Below, one piece after another: positions 56,247-64,000 of a stretch of DNA of 64,000 nt. The position numbers and the translations under genes were made by a program. Source of the stretch: Nanobdellota archaeon (GTDB taxonomy: Archaea > Nanobdellota > Nanobdellia > Woesearchaeales > JAGLGH01); assembly GCA_034723595.1 (NCBI GenBank), contig JAYEPB010000078.1, positions 9,592 to 73,591 on the forward strand, read 5' to 3'. The notes under the pieces are model-generated. The model had not been told where the DNA came from. It saw only the letters and a program-made list of their open reading frames with translations, and searched no databases. Each line of letters starts with the position of its first letter. Position 1 is the stretch's first letter.

Positions 56247-56309
56247 AGGAAAAAGGAGAGAGGGATTATTTAAGAATGTTGTGATTTGATTTATGGGTTC
56301 AAAAGATTC

Positions 56310-57293
56310 TTATGGAATTTTTTGAAGGGCTATAATTTTAGTTTTATACTCCTCTGGGACTGTTTGTATCTGTGATAAGTATTCATTCATAAGGTTAGTT
56401 GCGAAGTTTCTTTGTTTAAATGAAAGCTTACTATACTTGATATAAAATACATGTAAATCATTCATTTTTCTAACATGATAATTAACTTTTAATGTTTTCA
56501 CTTCTTCAGAACTCACTGCTGATCTTACTAATTTATGAAACTCATTGAATTCACTTAAACTTTCAACAGTCATTTGCGTGTAAACTGGCTCTCGATTCGA
56601 TGCTATATCTTGAATAAGAAATTTTTCAACGAAAAAATATGCCTTTGCATTAGCTAATTCTATATCTTTGACAAAGTCAGGTAATTTTTTTTGTCTGAAT
56701 TGAGAATTATAAGTCATCATTTTTGGATGTGTTTTTAAGATTATTTTTGCTAAATTATTCTCTCTTTCTGGCTTTATTCTTTTACATTTTTCAGAAGTGC
56801 TGTTAAAATCTCTTCTTCTTGAATAGTATATAGTATTTTTTTCAGATTCACTTAGACTTTGCCATGTTTCTTCTGAAAAAGAATCGTAGATAAAATCTAG
56901 CATTTGATTCATTCTTACAGCTGAATCGTCTTCTATATAATTTTTTAATTCGCCTTTTAATTCAAATAATTCTTCTTTTGTCAAAGCTAGAAGGTCATAT
57001 GTATCACTTGTTTGTAATTTAATAAAACCCATTGCAGTTTTAATTCTTTCCTCAATCTCTTTGTTATTTCTTTTTTCTAATTTATAACGAAGCAATGGCA
57101 TTGGGTTTACTCTGATTGAAGGCAGTATTAATTCAACAGTCTTACTTAGTCTTTTGTACTTTTTATTAATTACCATTATTATCCTCTTAATGAATCTGTA
57201 ATCTGTGTAAATATAATTTATTATATAAATCTTGCCCTTTTGTAACTCTTTCAGAGTAATCACAGAATCAGAGATTATTGTGGAGGTCTGCAA
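56310..57293 (-). CDS. hypothetical protein (327 aa)
   Basis: ORF only; the start may be internal (MVINKKYKRL). Confidence 0.35.
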   Translation of the reverse strand: MQTSTIISDSVITLKELQKGKIYIINYIYTDYRFIKRIIMVINKKYKRLSKTVELILPSIRVNPMPLLRYKLEKRNNKEIEERIKTAMGFIKLQTSDTYDLLALTKEELFELKGELKNYIEDDSAVRMNQMLDFIYDSFSEETWQSLSESEKNTIYYSRRRDFNSTSEKCKRIKPERENNLAKIILKTHPKMMTYNSQFRQKKLPDFVKDIELANAKAYFFVEKFLIQDIASNREPVYTQMTVESLSEFNEFHKLVRSAVSSEEVKTLKVNYHVRKMNDLHVFYIKYSKLSFKQRNFATNLMNEYLSQIQTVPEEYKTKIIALQKIP

Positions 57294-57604
57294 TGTTTGC
57301 TACCAAGATGTATGAATATAGTGTATAGTGCAGGAACATTGTCAGTTGATGTTCTTCATTTTTCTGATTATGCAGTAAATGGAAACTCTAATTAGAAATA
57401 TTTAAATATTAACTATGTTTTCCATAAGTTATGAATAGCAAAATTAGGATAGGTATTGAAATAAGTTTGCTAGCTCTGCTTCTGTTATTATAGATTAGCT
57501 CTCATTGCTGATCTGGCCAATATCAACTATTAGTTTATGGAGGACAAAAATGAAAAACAAAACGCAAAAAACAATAAACAAAAAACAATTCTGGGGAAAC
57601 AAAA

Positions 57605-59110
57605 ATGGGTAGAGTAATCATATTTGATACTACTTTAAGAGATGGGGAACAGGCATCAGGATTTCATTTATATCCTGAAGAAAAACTTGCGATAGCAAAA
57701 CAATTAGCAAGATTAAGAGTTGATGTTATTGAAGCAGGCTTTGCAGCTTCATCTGATGGCGATCTTAAAGCGATATATAATATTGCAGAAGAAGTTGGTG
57801 GAAAAGATGGACCTGTAATATGTTCCCTTGCTAGGGCAAATGAAGGAGATATAGAATTAGCTGCAAGGGCATTAAGTCCAGCCTACAATAGCAGAATACA
57901 TACTTTTATTGCGACAAGTGACATACATGTTGGCAACAAGTATCACAAAAATAAAGATTGGATAATAGAACAAACAGTTAAGGCAGTTGAAAAAGCAAGA
58001 AACTATACAGATGATGTAGAGTTCTCATGTGAGGACTTTGGAAGATCTGATAAAGATTATATAGTGCAAGTTGTATCTGAAGCAATAAATGCTGGAGCAA
58101 CAACAATAAATCTTCCTGATACCATAGGATGGCTAATGCCAGATGATTGTTGTGAGAAAGTAGATTATGTAATAACTGCAGTGAGGGAAAAAGGTCTTGA
58201 TGCGATTTTTTCTGTGCATAATCATAATGATCAGGGCATGGCAACAGCAGTAACAATCGCAGGAATAAAAGCAGGAGCAAGACAGGCAGAGGTAACTATT
58301 AATGGGATTGGCGAAAGGGCAGGCAATACTGCATTAGAAGAGATTGTTGCAATACTTAAAACAAGAAAAATAGCTTATTGCAATATTGATTCAAAACTGA
58401 TTGGTCCCACAAGCAGGTTGGTAAGCAAGTATACAGGGGTAGAGCCCCAGCCTAATAAAGCAATAGTAGGGAGTAATGCATTTGCTCATGAGGCAGGAAT
58501 ACATCAGGATGGGATGGAAAAAGATGCAAGGACTTATGAGATAATGGATCCGTGTGACTATGGTGTTGAAAGTATCATAACATTTGGTCCCAGGTCTGGA
58601 AGGCGAGCTCTGAAAGCAAAGCATGAGGAATTGGGCATAAAATTAAGTGATAATGATTTTCAGATAGCTGCGCAAAGGTTTACAGATATAGCAGATAAAT
58701 TAAAATATTCAGATGATGCAGATGTAGTGAGGGCAATAAAGGGTGAAGAGATTCCTAAGTATTATGAACTTGTAAGCTATACTCCTGCAGTTAGCAAGGG
58801 TTATTCTATGGATCTTAGATTAAAGATTGGCAATGGGGTTGAAACAGTGTGTTCTGCAGGCAATGGACAGATAGATGCAGGTATCAACGCTATCATGGAA
58901 TCAGTAAACCTTGATTGCGAATTTAAATATTTTGAAGCAAACTCAAAAGGGTCTGGATCAGATGCAATAGGTCATACTAAATTAGAGCTTACTAAAAATG
59001 GCTGGAGCGTAATAGGAAAAAGTGAAAATACAGATATGGTCACAAGCACACTTCAGGCATTTGTTGACGGGTGTAATCGGATTAAGTATATGGAGGATTA
59101 TTTTGATTAA
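57605..59110 (+). CDS. leuA: 2-isopropylmalate synthase / (R)-citramalate synthase family (LeuA/CimA) with a C-terminal regulatory domain
   Basis: N-terminal IIFDTTLRDGEQASGF, the HxH metal site region and the LeuA-dimer-type C-terminal domain. 501 aa. Confidence 0.8.
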   Translation: MGRVIIFDTTLRDGEQASGFHLYPEEKLAIAKQLARLRVDVIEAGFAASSDGDLKAIYNIAEEVGGKDGPVICSLARANEGDIELAARALSPAYNSRIHTFIATSDIHVGNKYHKNKDWIIEQTVKAVEKARNYTDDVEFSCEDFGRSDKDYIVQVVSEAINAGATTINLPDTIGWLMPDDCCEKVDYVITAVREKGLDAIFSVHNHNDQGMATAVTIAGIKAGARQAEVTINGIGERAGNTALEEIVAILKTRKIAYCNIDSKLIGPTSRLVSKYTGVEPQPNKAIVGSNAFAHEAGIHQDGMEKDARTYEIMDPCDYGVESIITFGPRSGRRALKAKHEELGIKLSDNDFQIAAQRFTDIADKLKYSDDADVVRAIKGEEIPKYYELVSYTPAVSKGYSMDLRLKIGNGVETVCSAGNGQIDAGINAIMESVNLDCEFKYFEANSKGSGSDAIGHTKLELTKNGWSVIGKSENTDMVTSTLQAFVDGCNRIKYMEDYFD

Positions 59111-59154
59111 AAGTCTGCGTAGCCAACTACCTGGGGAACGAAGGTTTCCAAGTT

Positions 59155-60231
59155 TTATATTTTTGATTTAAGATTACTTTTTTTCAGTTCATCTTCAACA
59201 TTTTTATAAAATCCTTTTGGTATTGTCTTTCCCCTCTTAGGAGGGCAACCATAATTATATACCCCTCCATATTTCCTGCGATTAGTTGAGTTTTCCCAAA
59301 GGTTTTTTATTGATTGTTTTTTTAAATCTCCTATTATTGTTTTATCATCTCCTTCACATCTCAATGCCAGGCCAGTAGATGTCAAATAAAATCCATTTGA
59401 AAGCAAAGTGCATATATGGGTGCCTGGATATGATGAGATTCCATCATAAATAATTCCTTTTTCTTTATTATATTTATAAATCTTTGAGACTAATTCTATT
59501 TTTTCTTTTTCAGAAACATCATCCTTGATTGAACCATCAGGGAGAAGTGACCTCCCAGCGCAGGCAAGAAAAGGAATTAATGGATATATATTACGCTCTC
59601 GAAAAAAAGTATAGATCTCAAACAGTCCACTAATAGTATATTTTGTTATTGGTGCGACAATTGCAAGATGGGTAGGATTATGATTCACAAATCCTTCTTT
59701 TATGAGAATTTCTAAAGCCAGATCTTTTTTTGCCTTTAAATTTTTACGACCTGTTGATTGTTCAACAATCTCTTCATAAAATGAATCATATCTAATCATC
59801 AAGCTAGTGTTGGTTTTTTTAAGTTTAGTTGCATTTAATCTATTTATTGTGTGACCCTGTGTAAAAACTACTGATTTTATTCCTTCATCCTGCAGCCAGT
59901 AAAGAAAATTAAATATGCCTTTATTTTCAAATGGTTCGCCTGCACCAAGCACTCTTACACTTTTCAGGCCCAATGGTTTAGCTTCTGAAACAACTTTCTT
60001 TATCTTATTTAAATCTAAATAAGTTTGAAATTTATCCAAAGCACCATCTTTTCTAAAACACATAGGACAGTTTAAGCTACAATCAGTTCCAAAATCTATA
60101 TCTAAATGAAGTAGGCGTCCTTTAGACCTTTTTACTTCATCCCTGGATAATGACCATCCATCAAGGTCATTAATAAAATCAAAAGGCACTTTGTTTGGAA
60201 ATTTTACAGGTAAATCTGGATATTGTTTCAT
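59155..60231 (-). CDS. radical SAM enzyme
   Basis: CxxxCxxC motif CSLNCPMCF near the N-terminus; 358 aa. Confidence 0.65.
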   Translation of the reverse strand: MKQYPDLPVKFPNKVPFDFINDLDGWSLSRDEVKRSKGRLLHLDIDFGTDCSLNCPMCFRKDGALDKFQTYLDLNKIKKVVSEAKPLGLKSVRVLGAGEPFENKGIFNFLYWLQDEGIKSVVFTQGHTINRLNATKLKKTNTSLMIRYDSFYEEIVEQSTGRKNLKAKKDLALEILIKEGFVNHNPTHLAIVAPITKYTISGLFEIYTFFRERNIYPLIPFLACAGRSLLPDGSIKDDVSEKEKIELVSKIYKYNKEKGIIYDGISSYPGTHICTLLSNGFYLTSTGLALRCEGDDKTIIGDLKKQSIKNLWENSTNRRKYGGVYNYGCPPKRGKTIPKGFYKNVEDELKKSNLKSKI

Positions 60232-60902
60232 ATTTTTCCCCCCTCAATAGCAAGCCATAAATCCCCAATTTCTACTAATTGATTATTTGTCAATCCAACT
60301 TTATTGTAAGTTTCTTTTAATTCTTCTCCTCCAAATCTATAGAATGTTCCTTTGTTAGTGACTGTTCTATTATTGCCAATATCATAAATTGTTATACCGA
60401 TTGTTGGATAGTATTTCTGGAGAAATTCTGTGGTATAATTTTCTTTATTCCAAGTAATTGTTCTGATTTGAGATCCTGGTTTAGTAATTCTTTTCGTTTC
60501 TTTTAGCAAGGATATTCTTTCATCTAATCCTATACTACCTATTAGATTAAATGTCGAATATGTAAGACTGAAATAATCGTCTGGAAATTTTGTATTCAAT
60601 GCATCTGCGTATTTGATATTAATATTCATGAACTCTGATGTTCTCTTTAATGCTTCTGTAAGCATTTTAGAGTCATCTTCAATACCAAAAAATTGAACTG
60701 ATGGAAATTTTCCTGCAAGATGATACAAAGGTCTTCCAATACCGCAGCCAATATCAATTACATTTGTGCATTCTCCATTTGCGCATTTTCCAATATTCTG
60801 TAATGCTTTTATTAAATAGTCTTTTTCTGCATCAAATGTTCTTTTTAGTTCAGGCAAAGGGTTTTGGATAGCTTCCATATAATTTTGGAAATAATTCTTC
60901 AT
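60228..60902 (-). CDS. class I SAM-dependent methyltransferase
   Basis: Motif I VIDIGCGIGRPL. 4-nt overlap with the radical SAM gene. Confidence 0.6.
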   Translation of the reverse strand: MKNYFQNYMEAIQNPLPELKRTFDAEKDYLIKALQNIGKCANGECTNVIDIGCGIGRPLYHLAGKFPSVQFFGIEDDSKMLTEALKRTSEFMNINIKYADALNTKFPDDYFSLTYSTFNLIGSIGLDERISLLKETKRITKPGSQIRTITWNKENYTTEFLQKYYPTIGITIYDIGNNRTVTNKGTFYRFGGEELKETYNKVGLTNNQLVEIGDLWLAIEGGKI

Positions 60903-60999
60903 GTGAAAGGGGTAATCTAATCAATTATGTTAAAATTTTTAATGAATTTTTGCACAAAATGGTAACATTTATATATCTCAAGAGATTTTTGTAACATAT

Positions 61000-61962
61000 A
61001 TGGCTCTGCTGGATGTTAAAGATAGAAAAATACTGTATGAACTTGACTTCAATTCAAGAAAAACATATTCTGAAATTGCAAAAAAGATCAGAATGAGCAA
61101 AAGAGGAGTAGAATATAAAATTAAAAATCTTGAGAAAAAACAAATAATTTTAGGTTATGCACCAATAATAAATATTTCAAAATTAGGTTATTTATACTGC
61201 AGAATTTTTGTTAAATTTCAGAATATTACAAAAGATAAGTTAAAGGAAATAGAACATTATATTATCACAAATAAAAAAATTGGTTGGTCAATCAAATATT
61301 ATGGAAAATATGACAATGGATTTACAATTTGGGCGAAAAATATCAGCGAATTTAAATCAATCGCAAATGAATTTTATTCCAGATTTAGTACATATATTAA
61401 AGAAAGAACTGAATCAATAGCTACAAATGTTTTCTTTTATAAAAATAGATATTTGTTAAAAGATGATTGTATGGATTATCTTGAGTTAATTGAAACAGAA
61501 GAGAAAAGAAATCTTGATAATCTTGACAAAAACATATTGATAGCTCTTTCAAAGAATCCTCGAATTTCACAAATAGAAATATCAAGAATCTTAAATGTAT
61601 CTATAAAGACAGTTTCAAGCAGATTAAAGAAATTGATAAAGGAAAATATTTTATTAGGTACAAGACCAACAATAAATCATGAACTCTTAGGATACACATA
61701 TTATAAAATTTTTATGAACTTAGTTAATTTTAATCCACAGAGAATAAAACAATTTGAATCATATATTGCTTCAAATCATCGGACAATATATATAATAAAA
61801 GCAATGGGGACCTGTGATTTAGATATAGAGATTATGGTTGAGTCAAATAAAGAATTAGTCCATTTTATTGAAGATTTACAGAATAAATTCCCAACTTTAA
61901 TAAAAGATTATCAAACAATGCTATTAACAGATACAGTAAAAATAACTTATTTGCCTTTTTGA
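61000..61962 (+). CDS. tandem-domain Lrp/AsnC-like transcriptional regulator
   Basis: Two HTH-plus-RAM-like units (DRKILYELDFNSRKTYSEIAKKIRMSKRGVEYKIKNLEKKQIIL and LDKNILIALSKNPRISQIEISRILNVSIKTVSSRLKKLIKENILL). Same architecture as 33768-34706. Confidence 0.55.
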   Translation: MALLDVKDRKILYELDFNSRKTYSEIAKKIRMSKRGVEYKIKNLEKKQIILGYAPIINISKLGYLYCRIFVKFQNITKDKLKEIEHYIITNKKIGWSIKYYGKYDNGFTIWAKNISEFKSIANEFYSRFSTYIKERTESIATNVFFYKNRYLLKDDCMDYLELIETEEKRNLDNLDKNILIALSKNPRISQIEISRILNVSIKTVSSRLKKLIKENILLGTRPTINHELLGYTYYKIFMNLVNFNPQRIKQFESYIASNHRTIYIIKAMGTCDLDIEIMVESNKELVHFIEDLQNKFPTLIKDYQTMLLTDTVKITYLPF

Positions 61963-61992
61963 CAGGATATATTATCAATAATTTGATTTAAA

Positions 61993-63465
61993 ATGGCGTT
62001 ACTAACAAAATCTAAATACATTGCAGGTCTTCAGTGTCCAAAGCTATTATGGTTCTTGATTAATGATAAGGGCAAGGTTCCTGAGCCTTTAAGAGAGGCT
62101 CAATATAGGATGGATGTTGGGACAGAGGTAGGAGTTCTTGCTATAAAATTATTTCCTGGTGGGGTAAGCATTCCAACTAATGATTTTAAGGCAAACTTGA
62201 ATATTACGAAAGAGAATTTATCAAAAAATATGCCTCTTTTTGAGGCTGGAATCTTGGCTAATAATTGTTTTTCAAGAATTGATATACTAAAACCAAACAA
62301 AGATGGTTCTTTTGATATTATTGAGGTTAAATCTGGCACTAAAGTTAAAGAAGAGAATATCCATGATGTATCTTTTCAGAAATATTGTTGTGAGATGGCA
62401 GGATTAAAGATTGCCAGGTGTTCTTTATGTTTTATAAATAATCAGTATGTCAGAGAAAAGGAATTAAATATTAATGAATTATTCACAATTCAGGATATTA
62501 CTGCTGAAGTTGTTCAAGCGCAACAAGGTATTCAAGAACGAATTGATGAGTTCTTTAATATTATTAAATCTCCAAATTTACCTTCAGTTTCAATAGGAAG
62601 ACATTGTAATTCTCCTTATTCTTGTAATTTAATGGATGAATGTTGGGGATTCTTGCCAAAGAATAATGTCTTCACATTATATATGGGGGGAAAGAAAAGC
62701 ATTGAACTATTCAGTAAAGATATTCATAGTATTGCAGATATTCCTGATGATTTTAAACTAACAAATAATCAGGGGATTCAGAGGAAATGTGAACAAACAG
62801 GTGAGGTTCATATACAGCCTTTTGAGATTAAACAATTCCTGAACACTTTAATTTATCCACTTTATCATCTGGATTTTGAAACATTTTCACCTGCTATTCC
62901 AAGATATGATTATTCAAGACCTTATCAAAAAATACCTTTCCAGTTTTCACTGCATATTGAACAAGAAGATGGTTCAACAGAGCACATATCCTTTTTAGCT
63001 GAGGGTAAAGAAGACCCAAGACCTGCATTTTTAGCCAGATTAAAAGAGGTTATGGGAACACAAGGAAGTGTTGTAGTCTATAATCAAGCCTTTGAAAAAT
63101 GGGTGTTAAATACTCTGGCAAGAGACTTTCCAGAATACAAAGGTTGGGTAAATGAAATATTGCTAAGAGTAGCAGATCTTTTAATCCCTTTCAGAAGCTT
63201 TAATTATTATCATCCAAGCCAGCAGGGAAGCGCATCTCTTAAAAAAGTCCTTCCAGCACTTACAGGAGAAAGCTATGAAGGAATGGAAATCGCAGATGGA
63301 GGAGATGCAAGTCTGAGATATGAGGAAATAACCTTTGGTGATATAGCTGAAGAAGAAAGAGCAAAAGTTAGAGAAAATCTTGAGAAATATTGTGAACTTG
63401 ATACTTGGGCAGAAGTGGTTATTATAAGAAAATTAAAGGAAATTGTCGGAAATAGTAACATTTAA
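61993..63465 (+). CDS. PD-(D/E)xK nuclease-superfamily protein (RecB-like, DUF2779-type), tentative
   Basis: RIDILKP...FDIIEVKSG gives a D...D-x-E-x-K arrangement. The family call is from memory of the architecture only. Confidence 0.35.
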   Translation: MALLTKSKYIAGLQCPKLLWFLINDKGKVPEPLREAQYRMDVGTEVGVLAIKLFPGGVSIPTNDFKANLNITKENLSKNMPLFEAGILANNCFSRIDILKPNKDGSFDIIEVKSGTKVKEENIHDVSFQKYCCEMAGLKIARCSLCFINNQYVREKELNINELFTIQDITAEVVQAQQGIQERIDEFFNIIKSPNLPSVSIGRHCNSPYSCNLMDECWGFLPKNNVFTLYMGGKKSIELFSKDIHSIADIPDDFKLTNNQGIQRKCEQTGEVHIQPFEIKQFLNTLIYPLYHLDFETFSPAIPRYDYSRPYQKIPFQFSLHIEQEDGSTEHISFLAEGKEDPRPAFLARLKEVMGTQGSVVVYNQAFEKWVLNTLARDFPEYKGWVNEILLRVADLLIPFRSFNYYHPSQQGSASLKKVLPALTGESYEGMEIADGGDASLRYEEITFGDIAEEERAKVRENLEKYCELDTWAEVVIIRKLKEIVGNSNI

Positions 63466-63773
63466 ATTCTCAGTTCTGATTTCAAATTTAGGATAAATAA
63501 CTTTTGAGGTAAAAAGTTAATCTCTTATTTGCGAATGAAAGTGAGACATAAGTGAGCCATAGGGTTTAATACCCAGACCATTATAGGTTGGGGGAATAGT
63601 TCATTTATTGCAGGGAAAATAACATAATTCCTTATATGGCATCATTTATTCCTGCTGGAAAAACTGCTGCTAGGACAGACAATAAAGTTAGCAGGAAAAT
63701 CTTGTTCTTTGAAGATAGAAAAAGTAGAATCTATTGCAAGAATTGATGTATGGCTATTTTTTTAAAGAAAAAA

Positions 63774-63892
63774 TAGCCCCGCTCGGAAATACGTGTGATG
63801 TCTGAGACTGAGTATTTTGCTCATACAAAACATTTCGAACCGAGGTCCCAGGACCCAAAATCCTAGATGATTGGCCACTACACTACGGGGCT
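63774..63892 (-). tRNA. tRNA-Gln (anticodon UUG) with an insertion (presumed intron) of about 46 nt in the T-loop
   Basis: Manual fold of the reverse complement: acceptor AGCCCCG/CGGGGCT with the A1-U72 pair typical of archaeal tRNA-Gln; discriminator A; no encoded CCA; T6 trailer. D-arm GTGT-AGTGGCCAA-TCAT. Anticodon stem TAGGA/TCCTG with loop TTTTGGG (U33, UUG, G37). Variable loop GGAC. T-stem CTCGG/CCGAG enclosing TTCGAAA plus 46 extra nt. Confidence 0.75.
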
Positions 63893-64000
63893 ATGTAAGT
63901 TAGTAGGAAGAAAGGATTATTTATAAAGTTTTCCAAAACTTAAGAGCTTCTTCTTCAATAAAGTGAAGCTTGGCAGGGATGATTAGGCAGTGTAGAGGTT

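Noticed and set aside
1-64000. Search for CRISPR arrays, rRNA genes and additional tRNAs
   Set aside because: No regularly spaced direct repeats were seen. There are no rRNA-like conserved stretches and no other GGTTCGAA/TTCGAACC T-loop signatures apart from the tRNA-Gln at 63774-63892.

Overview
AT-rich window, roughly 30% GC by eye, densely coding on both strands. It reads as archaeal, most likely a DPANN-type lineage. Evidence: PEF-CTERM archaeosortase-type anchors on two surface proteins; TrmB, Lrp/AsnC and KaiC-like genes; an archaemetzincin-like peptidase; an IS200-type tnpA; and a tRNA-Gln with an A1-U72 first pair, no encoded CCA and a long insertion in the T-loop. I can support about 70 CDS, one intron-containing tRNA, one IS200-like element, one gene-fragment duplication and two conserved leader elements. 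All calls come from reading motifs in the six-frame translations; no searches were run. In the ORF track an initial M can be a TTG or GTG codon, so some starts are probably shorter, as noted per feature. Main observations: (1) a co-directional, overlap-coupled operon at 10212-16824 encoding a single-chain two-domain E1-like enzyme (degenerate N-terminal plus intact C-terminal adenylation domain), a JAB/MPN+ metallopeptidase, a 488-aa protein with a possible degenerate E2-like motif, a 141-aa protein with a near-C-terminal Gly-Gly, and a 677-aa membrane-anchored coiled-coil protein, with a diverged second paralog unit upstream. This looks like a previously undescribed ubiquitin-like conjugation system and is the best candidate for the undescribed system. 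(2) A NuoE-like/NuoF-like/HydA trimeric [FeFe]-hydrogenase cluster with intact H-cluster motifs and no maturases in view. (3) A two-gene cassette with a minimal nucleotidyltransferase, flanked by a 137-bp direct repeat of the 3' end of a UvrD-like helicase gene. (4) Tandem paralogous membrane coiled-coil proteins. (5) Tandem paralogous PEF-CTERM surface glycoproteins with different N-terminal head domains, one carrying a strikingly GC-rich patch. (6) An amino-acid permease fused to a SAM methyltransferase. (7) A CaCA exchanger whose first transmembrane helix has no canonical start codon. (8) A eukaryote-like Ser/Thr kinase with HEAT-type repeats.
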